From Podarcis vaucheri (lineage: Eukaryota): 64,000 bases of DNA. Within the stretch, counting starts at the first letter, position 1; every line of letters starts with the position of its first letter. The translations under genes and the position numbers were made by a program. The DNA is taken from the NCBI GenBank assembly GCA_965113315.1, contig OZ220368.1. One strand, written 5' to 3'. Below the pieces are notes generated by a model. It did no database searches, was not told the DNA's origin, and saw only the letters and a program-made list of their open reading frames with translations. Below, in pieces: positions 51,440 to 63,420 of the stretch.

Positions 51440-51790
51440 GTGAAAGATCACCTCACCCCTTATATACCCAACCAATCACTGCTGTGCAGCTGAAGTCCTC
51501 CTGCAGATGCCACATTATCAGGAGGGTCTGCTTCTCACAATTGCGTCTTAGTGCTATCCTTTAGAATTCCCTTCCTGTAAGTATTAGACAGGTGCCATCT
51601 CCGTTGTCTTTTCAGCACCTACTTCCAACAAGCCTTTAAGTCAAGATCTTTCCCTGTCTACATCTCTACTGGAATAATGTAAGGACGTTTTTATTGTTAT
51701 ATCAGTTGTTGGTTGCTGCCCTGGGCTCCTTCCTTTGGGTGGAAGGGCAGGATATAAGTTTAATAAACAAATAAATATTAAATATAAATG
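51440..51790 (+). mobile_element. Degenerate L2 3' fragment
   Basis: Tail GCTGCCCTGGGCTCC...GGAAGGGCAGGATATAA..AATAAA(C/T)AAATAAA, similar to 11380-11430. Confidence 0.5.
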
Positions 51791-53139
51791 CATTTGCACC
51801 CATATTGCAATAACCTCAATATGGGTGTCTTTCTTGATGGTGCAGGTATTTAAAAAGAAAAACTGCCTGTGGGTAAAGACTTCATCCAAGCACATAGCAC
51901 ATTAGTGACTCAGTGAGATTTTCTTTATCCATTTTATCTGCTGGCCTGGGTATCTATAGATGGTTGTTATCTTTCCTTTTCCCTTTTACCTCCACCCTGC
52001 CTGTGCAATAAAGTTATTTATATTTTGACATTTGGCTTCCTTGGTTTTTTAAATGGCAATTTATCAGAATTTTCCCTGTGTGCTTCAGACAGTGGGTTAT
52101 GTCCCTTGAGACATCTCACAAAATACTGTCAAGTTCTGTGTCTTTGGAGACATAAATCAAATGTTCTCTTCTTGTTTATATTTTTTCTAAAGCAGTGTGG
52201 GAGGCAGGAGTCTGAGTTAGGGCAAAGAAACTCCTCAAGAGCAGCTGGACAGCCTTAGGTGTGACAAGTGGTTCATTCTGTTTGGTGGAAGTCTTTTCTC
52301 TCTCTCTTTTTGGTGGAAACAGGATTATTTTATAAGTAAGAAAAAGGACCCCACTAAAATACGTTCCAGCTGGCCTATCACCTTATTTATCCATTGTGCA
52401 GAACCTAGCTCATTTAGATGTTTAACAAATTTGTGATTCTGCACTGACAATTTAATGAAGAAAGGCTACCACAGCATTAAAAAGAGAAGCCGTCTTTCCT
52501 ATTGTTTCTCATGTCCTACTGAGCAGAGCAATCCTAGTCCTAGATATGCACTGCAGGAGGGAGCCAGGTGTTACTCTCGGCTGTGGCACTGCTGCTGCTG
52601 CTGGTGAGGATCTGCTTCCACAAAAGCTGCTACTGTGCCCACTGATGGGCACAAGCTACTGATGATCTAAACCCTGAATAGTGTAGAAGGGGGGCAGGAC
52701 AGGGCTGGCAAGGATCCACTGGATCCTAAGCTGGTCCAGCCTCCAGAGAAGAGTTCAGTCTGCATCTCTCTGCTGTGCAAGCATGGAACTGGCAAAGCAA
52801 AAATTAAGAAAATAATATCCGGACACCTCCACTCATCTTTCCCCGTGGGTGGTAAGTTAAAGCAGCAATAACCAGCAATGGGTTAGCTCTTTCCCCCTCA
52901 CCCTCTCCCATCATTTTTCTGCTATAAGCAGTCCCCACCTCAAACTGTTATTTGCTCTGCCAAAGAAAGCTTATGGATACTTCTAAGTCCTCCAGATCTG
53001 GATACAACTTTCTGCCTGCTGGATCACATTATTCATATTTTACCTAGGAGATAACAAAATGTTTAAGGTTGGGCTGAATAGATTATGTTCACCTTCTAAG
53101 AAAGGGGGCAGAAATGGGTACCTATAGTTAGGGATGGGG

Positions 53140-53216
53140 GAGAATATTGATTCAGTTCACATTTAGAGGTGAATCCATCAGATTCACCTCTAAATGTGAA
53201 CTGAATCAATATTCTC
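53140..53216. repeat. Perfect inverted repeat, 36-bp arms with 5-nt loop, inside an old interspersed repeat (~53128-53575)
   Basis: GAGAATATTGATTCAGTTCACATTTAGAGGTGAATC-CATCA-GATTCACCTCTAAATGTGAACTGAATCAATATTCTC. Confidence 0.97.
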
Positions 53217-56200
53217 AGATCACAAAACAGAACAGAAACAAAACTTTGAAATTTGCGCTCATCCAAATTTTGTGATGCAATTACCAACCAACCAGTGTTT
53301 GCAAAAAATCAAATATGAGGTTAAAGTGTGCATAAAAAGAATATATTGGTGAAAATAGCAAACAAATATGCATCATATTCGGAAAGAATGTTTGCAAAAA
53401 TGTGTACATCAGCTAAAATTGCATTCAAAAATGTGTTTATTAGGATAAATTTGCATTAAAATACTGAATAATTTTCATGACGCTTTCCCCCCCAAAAGAT
53501 TGCTGCAGAAATGTGGTGAACTGAATTGGAAAAATGAGAAACCGAGCAACCCAAAATTGGCAGATTCAACCCTGTATTGGGTGATCCCACATCTCGCCTT
53601 GTGCTGCCAACAGGCACTGGCTCCTGCTTCCTATTTTCATGGAAAAAACAAAAAGAAACCTCTTTGTTTAATGATCATAGGTTGCTGTATGGCTTTTCCG
53701 TCATGTGTTCATGGAGCAGCCATCAGCAGCTTATGTTCAAAGATGTGGTTTGACCTATGTATTGAGAAGTCTGAGTAAGTTTGTGAGAGGATCTCATGAT
53801 GAAAAAATTATTGTGAATTTTAAACCAGCCTGATCTAAGCTTGCTCAGAGATTGTATAAGCTACCGAGAACCCTTCCTTCTCTGCATTAATTCATAGACT
53901 TGGGGGATTTGTATAATGCACGCTTGTAAAGAATAATGCCCTGCCCCACCGGAATCAGCGTGAATATGAAACATGATGCTCAAAGACAGATGTGATTCCA
54001 TAAATTCACAAACAGCAACCTATAAATAACTTGCTGGTTATGCAGCCGCCCTCCTATGATCCTGATTCTTACATCTTACAGCTGCCATGTGTCTCCATGG
54101 TGATAGAATCACATGACCACCAGCCATTCATTCATAGCTGATGGAGAGGGAAGGTAGGATGAGGGCGGGGGGGGGGATAATTTGGAAAAATCAACATTTG
54201 GGTCTTTGTGGGAAGGAAAGTCAAAACACAAGGAGATAAAGACTGATCTTGGCAAGTATGGATGCTGACAAGAGAGGATTTTGCAGGCTGATGTTTTAGG
54301 AAGCATTAGGAAAGAGGTAGTGTTTTAATAGTAACAAGACTGGGTCAGAGCTGAAGCTGCCGTCTCCTCATCCCATGAGCCCTTTGAGAGCTGTATGCAG
54401 CAGGGAAATGCTCAGCAAGCACAGTTTCTTTGGTTACGATGCAGACATCGTGACTGTCTGAGTTTTCTCTAAATTGTGCCTTTTCAGGCTTCAGCTGCCA
54501 TCTTTAAGACCAGGAAGTAGCCCACCTTGTCAGGTCAGTAACCCATTTAGATGGCTGTCCCAGCAGCAGACACTGCTAGTGCTTTCTGAAGAAGCAATAT
54601 GGTAAGTGGATGCCCCAGTGCGCTAGACATTAACACGCTAGGAATGAAATGTTATGCCTCCCTGCTCTGGACCGAAGCCCCTTTTCAATGGTACAGAGAG
54701 GAGGAGACTGGAAGCAAGGAAATAGTGTCCCCTTTGGAATCTTCACCATCATGTTATTTTGTCTTTTAGAGATACTGAGGATGCCTTATAAAATGTCAGC
54801 GAGAGTTGATAGAGATTATTTTCTTCAGGTTTCAGGTGTTTCTCTCTGAGGTTTCTAGAGGCAAGGGGAATGCCCCCTGAGGCTAGTGTACATGCATGCA
54901 GTGAAACACTGGTATGCCGACATACAAAATGAGAAATAATTTGCTGCTACATAAAGGCAAAATGAGGAATCACTTTACACTTGCAACTGGGGTGGTACAG
55001 AGAGTTACACTCTGAACATGAGTCATCATGATGCAATTATGGGAATAGCAAGTGCCGATTTATTTGAGAAGCACTAAGCTCAGAAAGATGTAGAAAACAA
55101 TCGTGTAATGTTACTCTGCATTGACTACACTTCTAATTAGTACTGTGCTCTGTTCTAATTTTAGCTGAATGAAAAATGCAATAAGGTTGGGTTTACCCTA
55201 TGGACAAACTAGGAAGAACTATTCCCTAGACTAGAGAAAAGAGCCTCTGTCTTTTTCCCCGGAAGTAAATTGCCCCCACCTTTGAATGTCCTGGATTTCT
55301 GTAGAGTCTTGTCTGGGGGCTCACTCAGACAACCATTTCTTACACAGGAAAGCCAAAACTACATTAACTTTCCTGGCAGATTAAAGTGTATCCAGTGAAT
55401 GTTCCAGTGTGTATCCTGGTCACAATTCCTCACATCATGCATGGTCTGACTTACTTTCCACAATACTTTTCATGACATAGGGAGCAGATTCTGCAACAAG
55501 CATCAAAGCATTCACAGGACTAGTTCAGCTTCCCAAAGTTCATTGCAGAGACACATTACTGCTGCTGAAGAAACTATATCATACAGAACGTGACTGCGGG
55601 AACAAGCCCTACATTATCAGGGCAGATTTTAGCATGGCAACTTGCATGCAAATGTGGCACTGCCTTGCTCAGGGACTGGAATCTAGTGGCCCTCCAGATG
55701 TTCTTAGATTTCAGCACCCACCTTTCCCACACAGCCTGGTCAATAACGAGGGGTGATGGGAGCCCTAGTCCAGCAACATCTGGAATCCACTGGGTTCTCC
55801 ACCCCTGGCTGGATTAGAGCAAAAGCTCATCTTACCCAGAACCCCAACAAACACAAGTCCAAACACAAATACACACACAAACACACACACACACACACAC
55901 ACACCTCTTCCACTGTCAGAGGAAGTATGGCTCTGCTGGGAATCACAAATAGGGAGAGTGCTGTTGCATTCAGTTCCTGCTCACAGGCTTTCTACATACT
56001 TCTGGTTGTTCACTGGGGGTACAGGATGCCAGACTACATGGGTCCTTAGCCTGATCTATGAAATATCTTTTTGAGTTCTTATGTTCAAATGAGAGAGGTA
56101 GCCACCACATCAACTACAGGCTCACAGCTTTTGAATATGATGATCCCATTTTCACTAGCCCTGTGCCAAGTCCTGCCTTTAAATTTCCAGATAATCATTA

Positions 56201-57173
56201 TCTCTTGTGAAAGAGGGTGGTTTATCATCTGCCTTTTATCTCGGGGTGAAATTCTAGGAACTTCTAGGTTTAGAAGAGATTGCATTTACTTACAAGTGGC
56301 TTTGGGGTGGGGAGGACATGAATTAATGTCCTCTTCCATTACAGAACAACCCCTGGATGGCCTGTTGTCTTCCCATCCTGCAGTTCCTCAAAACCATATG
56401 TAGGGGCACTTGGGAAGGTTGCAGAGTGCAGACCACCAGGGAGATGATTTGGAGAATGAAAAAACAACACTCAAAGAAATACCCTCCAGCCACCTCAAAA
56501 GTAAGTTAAGTGCAGCAAAAACCCAGCACCCCACCTAGGAGAAAATCATTATTTATTGATGGAGAATAACTGAAAAACACTGGGAGGCTTTTGTTTGTTT
56601 GTTTTTTACACAGCGCTAATTCTAATGATTCTGGCTAAAATTCACAAAATATATAAGCCTTCAGCTAAACGAAGGGATAGATTTAATGTCAAGCCAATAA
56701 GCAAGCCGAGGCAAACAGTCCATAGTTAATTGCAAATAAGCAAGCAAGCTGAAGGATGCAGTTCTGAGCTCCATTCATCAACCAGCTGCAACAACTAATA
56801 GGGGGCAGTCAAACATGAACCAGCAGCTGGTCCCTTCAGTGCTATCCCTTTCCAGGAACTGCTCCCGGCTTTTATTTCATTGGCTGCCTAGCTGGGGCAG
56901 TTAAGCAAAGCAGATGGGGAACTGGTTAGCCAGCCATTTGTACAAAAAGGCTGTACACTGAATGAAATAATTCTGTTCTGGCTCCCAGGATGCTGCCAGA
57001 GCCTTCAGAAAAGGATGGAAAAGAAACAATGTTTTAGTAGCTGCAATTTTACTCTCCTGCCCTCACACCCTTTAATCTTCTGCCTAGGTTTGTGCTTCAA
57101 AAGGGCAGCTCATGTTTCACAACTGTCATGTGATTTCTTCCCTCAACCCGGGAGTATATTTTAAGCCTCTCCT

Positions 57174-57181
57174 TGACGTCA
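57174..57181. promoter_or_regulatory. Full palindromic CRE (TGACGTCA)
   Basis: Exact motif with neighbouring retained CpGs; function inferred only. Confidence 0.45.
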
Positions 57182-57731
57182 CGCGCTTCTCCATCTCAAC
57201 AGGACCTTGTTTTGTCGGTTTTCAGGGATTAGACTATTACTGTCCGGCGTGCTCTCGTTCTTCCCATCATAAGGCAATTAATGCTCACTAAACTGCAATA
57301 TGGGCAGATGGAGGGAGGGAGGTGATGTTCTTCTTCACCATTGTCCTTCGGTGGTCATGAAAGCATCATTTCCTCCCGAATCACCCTAAATCAGGACCAC
57401 ACCACAGCAGCGTCTCTCAGCACGTGAAAAAGCAAGTGCTCAGAAGGGTGCTTAAGATCTATATTTAGTCAAACAAAATGACTCTCCCCCATTTCCCTCT
57501 ATTTCTCCGTAATATCTGAATCAGGTGAGGCTGTGCAATTTCATACAAGCACCTTGGTGCATATAGCGCTGGGTAGAACAAGGACCAATAAACTGAGACT
57601 GAATCCTGGCAAGAATGGGGCCCAGCGGCGGGTGAGCCGTTTGTGGGTCTGGGTGATAGATCAGTTGGCTGCTCTGGAAAGGACTGTTTTCCCTTAGGAT
57701 CAGGTATATAGCTTGGAGGTAATCATCATTG

Positions 57732-57963
57732 GCCACCTCATGAGAAGAGAAGACTCCCTGGAAAAGACCCTGATGTTGGGAAAGATTGAGGGCACTAAGA
57801 GAAGGGGACGACAGAGGACGAGATGGTTAGACACTGTTCTCGAAGCTACCAGCATGAGTTTGACCAAACTGCGGGAGGCAGTGGAAGACAGGAGTGCCTG
57901 GCGTGCTCTGGTCCATGGGGTCATGAAGAGTCGGACACGACTAAACGACTAAACAACAACAAC
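57732..57963 (+). mobile_element. Short 3' fragment of RTE-BovB
   Basis: GHLMRREDSLEKTLMLGK...SRTRLND, (CAA)n tail, 11-bp TSD AATCATCATTG at 57721-57731 and 57964-57974. Confidence 0.93.
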
Positions 57964-59077
57964 AATCATCATTGATCCATCATCACTGCTTGTGTGCCTT
58001 TTCTCACCTTTGGCTGGGACGCCAGTGACAACCATTCCTGGACAGGAAAAGCTTGGACACACAGGGGTCTATGCAGCAGTAACCTCAACATTAGCTTACT
58101 GCAATGCACTCTATGGGAAACTGCCCTGAGGTCTGGTCAGGAAGCTGAAGCTGGGGTTGAAGGCAGCATCCAGTTAGTGGGGCATCCTGCCACCAGCATA
58201 CAACAGCCCTGTTTGTTGAGGGGACACTGCCTGGCCAAAGCTCCCACTTTTCGTGCTCCTCATATAGGCACAGATGCAGACATATTAGCCCCAGTGTTGG
58301 TTATATTACTGACAGATTTTCCTCTCCCTCAGTCCTTTTTATGCGTTTCATCTCATTAAACAATTCCACCTTCCACAGCCTCAAACTTCATTCCTTTGGC
58401 TTTGGTGTTTACAAACAGAATTACTACTGCATGCTAATTAAGCACTTGGTTACTGCCAATTTAATTTTACCCCAAAGGAATGTTTGGTGGTTTGATGGGA
58501 ACTGTGGAGGGCAGAGTGCCTACAATGCTGTTATTAGACCAGTGGTGCATGGTGCTGAGCTTGATTGTTTCAATGCCTAGGAAAAGCTCAATGCACAGCA
58601 CTCTTGCTGTAACAGCCAATATTACATAAATATGTGATCTACGGCTTCTTCCCATATTACTTTTCCATATATGAAAAATCAATTTCCATGTAGCAGGGGT
58701 GGGAAGCCTGTGACCCTCCAGATTCACCTCTTGTCAGTCCCAGCTCCCATCAGCCCTAGCCAGCATGGCCAAGGGTCAGGAATGAGGGCAGCTGGAGTCC
58801 AAGAACATCTGGGTGGCCATCGCACAATACAGGAAAAGGTGTGCATTTTGTAATGTATAGAGAAGGTGGATTCATGGGCTGGTCAGTCATGACAGACATG
58901 CATGTACCTGTTGCAAAAATGACACTCAGGCAACCCTTTATATATTACCAAAGGGACACTTTTTCTACATGGGCATTAATTTTCTCTTATGAAAAGACAT
59001 AAAATAATAATACCCTAGGGCTGGGAGACAAACTATGGTTCTGCAAACATACAGTAGTTGCTCTTTTTTCCAGTACT

Positions 59078-59121
59078 TAGTAGTAGTAGTAGTAGTAGTA
59101 GTAGTAATAGTAATAATAGTA
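59078..59121. repeat. (AGT)n/(AAT)n microsatellite
   Basis: Direct reading. Confidence 0.85.
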
Positions 59122-59679
59122 GATCATCCTCCATCTGTAGATCTCAGGGTGCTTTGATGACTTCTGTAGTCACTGAGTGATGAGAATCAAAAAGAATAAT
59201 GTTTTCTTGATTCTCTTCAGCAGTCAATGTTTGGTCAAGCTCAAATGTTGTCCAAAGTGTGGTGGCTGCAGACTTCATCAAGCACTGAATCACTTCAGAC
59301 AAACTATGGCTTGTTCTTTGATCTGAATAGCTCTGTTGGAGCTGCTGGCACATATTACACCTTTGATTCAACATCTATACCTGAGCCTGGCTCTAATTAT
59401 GGTCCATCACACTTTCTAAGATAGACTAAATTTACCATACATATGCCAAGTAAGAACTGCAAGGAGACAAGGAGGTATTCTCCATGTCTGTCTCTCAGCT
59501 GTGGAATATCCTTCCCCTTACATGAACATAGCCCAAAGGCAATGTAAAACTATTTTTTTAAAAAAGGTTGGCTTTGGCTGACAAGAGATGTGGTGGCATG
59601 AAGGTACCGTTTTAACATTTGTAGGGTTTTATGTTTAAAGTATGTCCCTCCCCATGAGACAATTTGATGCTATGCACAT

Positions 59680-60050
59680 GTGAATCACAAAGTCAGATGA
59701 GACCTTAGGTCATTGAGTCCAACCTGTTGCCTCAATGTAACATCTATAATGCAGGATGCAATTACAGCATCCATGAGAGATCCAGGCCCTGCTCAAATTC
59801 CTCTAGCAAAAGATAGCCAGCCGCCCCCCTCCCCAGCCGCCCCCTTCTTGACGCAGTCTGTTCCGTTGTTGAACAGTTCTTACTGTTAGGGTGTTTCTCC
59901 TCATTTTTATGCAAGATCTGCTTCGCTGCAATTTCCACCCACTGGCTCTGGTCCTGCCCTCTGGAGCAACAGAGAATAAGTCTGTTCCACTCTCTGCATG
60001 GCAACCTTTTAGATGTTTGAAGACAGCGATCTCATCTCCACAGCAGGGTG
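59680..60050 (-). mobile_element. CR1 LINE 3' fragment
   Basis: Minus-strand translation VFKHLKGCHAESGTDLFSVAPEGRTRASGWKL resembles the CR1 ORF2 C-terminus. Confidence 0.75.
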
Positions 60051-61455
60051 TAGCACTCTTCATAAGTCTGGTGCTTTAATTGCCCCACTCCCTCTGTAGT
60101 GAAATGTCAGTTTTAATCTCCAGTTCTGAAAACATTCCTTCACTTCTGCTGAGTTCTTGGGTAGTTATCTCAGCGGAGGAACACAATGACAAGTTGGGAA
60201 CCATGTCAAAATGAGCATTTCAGAAGCAGCTTGCTGATACCAGCTTAGTATATGTGAAGAAACAACAACCCACTACTAATTGGGAGACTGCTTTCTTGGG
60301 AAGTGGAGTGGAATAGCTCTACTTGGAGGTAGGAGAACAGTCACTTTTCATGCAGAATCCAACACATTTGCTGGGGGAAGCATGTAAAATGGATCCTGGG
60401 AATGGTTCTTCAACTGTTTGCTTCAGCTCCAGCACAAAATTGGGAAGCTGCCACAGAAATGCTTGAGTTCCTGCCTGTGGTCCTGGGAAGCCAGCCAGCC
60501 ATATGCTCCCATATGACACACTGACTTTAAGAAAATAATGTTTGATTCAATGTACAGAGAGATGGCGTACAAGGACAAACCATGACAATTGTCCATCTCA
60601 ACCAGGGCTGTCAGGCTCAACCAGTTCATGTAGTCTTGCTAGAGATCTTCTGCTTTTTGGACACCAGTATTTTAAATAGCCATGCCAAAGATAGAACCAA
60701 GGACCATGTACTGTAACTGGATACAAGCCTAGTGTGATGGTGGTGGTGGGGGAGATAAACCTATGATAGAGCCAGGTCTGAAACAGGGAGACTGCTTTCA
60801 TAGGTGTTTTTGCACCTCCCTCAGAATGCCCCATATATGGTGATTTTTCAGGGTGTGGCTCCCCTCCAAAAAAAAAACAAAAAACTATTCATGGGAGAAG
60901 ACAGAATATATCAACCTGCTGCCAAGACAATGGTGCTGATGCGTCCTGCCTTGCTGTGCTGTCAGACAATTAAATGGCCAGTGCAATATGATAACACACG
61001 GATCATTGAGGCAATGCAGGCTTCCTTCATTCAAGAGTGAGTGTAATTAGGGCTTCATTTGGCCTTAGGAATATTGGACATTGCCAGCTCTGATTTGCTG
61101 TGTGGTGCCATGACATCACCACACTAGGAACAAGGCAGCCAGTTAGCTGGGATCACACAGCCAGAAATGAGATGCCGGGGGGGGGGGGGGGAATGCCACC
61201 AAAGCAGCAGTCAGTAGGGGTAAATGCATTCAGGGGCTGTTCAGTGAACTTTTCTCCTTCCCCAAGGATTCCCTTTCATGCCAAAACTGTTTGCCTGTGA
61301 AAAATCTGGCACAGCACTAGTTTCAATACCAACTGAAGCTCTGGTCCTTTTAAAAATGGTCACCTCCTTCCTCCTTGGTACATAAAGACACAGCTCCATG
61401 TTCCATACACCATCACTATTTTAATTTTCTCTTAGACATCTCTAAATAAGTCTAC

Positions 61456-62037
61456 TCAAGAGTTCTTCCAGAACCACCTTCCTCCTAGCATTTCTTGTGG
61501 CTCAGTCTGGGTCGCTTTATCCTTCCTGAATTCAGACACTGGGGCTGTGGGGTGCCCCTCTTCCTGGGGGAGCTCACCTGTAGCCACCAGTTCACCTTCA
61601 CCTTCCTCAGGACTTAGGAGGTCCCCGGCTAACTCTTCGATGCTTTCCAGGCTCAGCAAGCCAAGGCCTTTATAGTAGTCGTTCAGCACCCGCTCGAGAA
61701 CCCTCACTGCGTCGGAAGTTCTGAAATGTTTCTCCAGGACTTGCGAGAGTCTATACCACACTGAGTGGGGCTGGGCAGTGGTCGGCTTTGAGGGCTCCTC
61801 AGGGTGAGCTTGCTCAGGTTTTTTAATCACCAGATAGAGGATGGACTCTGGGCCAATGAGATAGTCTGATAATTTGTGCTCCCCCTCCAGCACTTTCCCC
61901 TGGAACAACAGGGTCTGCTGGTTCTCGGGGACATTGAGCTCTTCACACACCAGGCTTTTCACCAGAGAGATCCTCTCCTCGCCAGACACCCGAAGGCGGC
62001 ACTGCTGCCCAAGCAGCCTCTTCACTGTGAGCAGCAT
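61456..62037 (-). CDS. UBL4B: Ubiquitin-like protein 4B, intronless, 193 aa (ATG at 62037; the track's 62049 start is TTG)
   Basis: Ubiquitin-like domain MLLTVKRLLGQQCRLRVSGEE...QQTLLFQGKVL; UBL4-type C-terminal helical region VWYRLSQVLEKHF..DA.RVLE; single exon; ATTAAA at 61420-61425; adjacent to the 5' end of SLC6A17 as in human. Confidence 0.88.
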   Translation of the reverse strand: MLLTVKRLLGQQCRLRVSGEERISLVKSLVCEELNVPENQQTLLFQGKVLEGEHKLSDYLIGPESILYLVIKKPEQAHPEEPSKPTTAQPHSVWYRLSQVLEKHFRTSDAVRVLERVLNDYYKGLGLLSLESIEELAGDLLSPEEGEGELVATGELPQEEGHPTAPVSEFRKDKATQTEPQEMLGGRWFWKNS

Positions 62038-62639
62038 TGCCTTGCTCAATGGGCTAGTAAATCAAGCCCCGCCTGAATGAGGGAATGGGAAGGGACAAAG
62101 AGGAAGCCAGCGATTGGCTGATTTTCCTCTGATGTCACAATTCTACCAGGGCCAGTCACTGTGAACTTTAGGTGTTGAACAAAGGGGGGAAGTTTGGATG
62201 GGGGATAATTTCAATTCAGATTGCACTTTGATATGATTACTCCCTAATTTGCACTTCCTGATACAGCACGAACTGAAATCGACATTCTTTGAAATTCACA
62301 CTTCTCTGCATTTTGCTATGCGGTGAAATGATATGTGCCAAAATATATAAACATTAGGGGAAAGTGTGCATAGAAATGCACAATGTTAGTGAAGTGAGCA
62401 TACAAAAATGTGTATATTGGGGAATGTTGCACACAAAACACTACATCTGGAGAAATGTGTACTAAAATGCTAAGTTGCCTCTGAGCCAAAGGAGCAGCCT
62501 GAGTGTGCCTTGTCTGCACTCCAAGTATTATTAGATGAATCAATTCGTCTCTCAAAAACTGCTTATGCATTCCAATCATCAATACACAATCTCTGGGCCT
62601 TTGCCTTTGTAGAAAACAAAGCAACTGAGGAGCAGGATC

Positions 62640-63420
62640 CATCTGATATTAGGAACGCAAGGAGAGCCCTGTTCAATCAGGCCAAAAGCTCTTCATTCCA
62701 TCGTCTTGTTCTCATAGTGACCAACTAAATACCTATGAGAAGTCCATAAGCAGGACATGAGTCAAAGAGTACTCTCCCCACTTGTGATTCCCAGCACCTG
62801 GTATTTAGAGACATACTGCCTCCAACAGTGGAGGAAGAACAAAGCCATTGTGGTTAGTAGACACTGATAGCCTTATGCTCCAAGAGTCTGTCTAATCTTC
62901 TTATAAAAGCCATCCAAGTTGGGGACCATTACTACATCTTCTGGGTGTTTTCATTATGGACTCTGTGATGTTCTTTCCTTTGTCTGTGCTGAATTTTCCA
63001 ACATTGAACTTCACTGAATGACTCTAGGTTTTAGTATTATATAGGAGAAAAACTTAGCTATCCACTTTCTTCATCCCATGCACAAACTTTTACACCTCTA
63101 GAATGTTCCTCCTTGTCTTTTTCTGAAACTAAAAAGCCTCAAATGTTATATACTCCTACTATGGAGTTGCTCCAGCCCCTAGATCATTTTGGTTACCCTT
63201 TTCTAAGCCTTGTCCAGCTTTACAGTATCCTTTTTGAGGTGAGGCAACCAGAACTGTTCGCAGTATTTCAAGTGTGGTTGCACAATAGATTTGTATAACA
63301 ACATTATATTTGCAGTTTTATACTGTACTATGTGACATAATATTTTTTGCTCCAATAGGTATCACTTTACACTTGCTTGCATTGAATTGCACTTACCATT
63401 TTACTGCACATTCTCTTGTA
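62640..63420 (-). mobile_element. CR1 LINE 3' fragment (degenerate)
   Basis: Homologous to 7610-8030 and extends into CR1-like ORF2 sequence. Confidence 0.6.
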
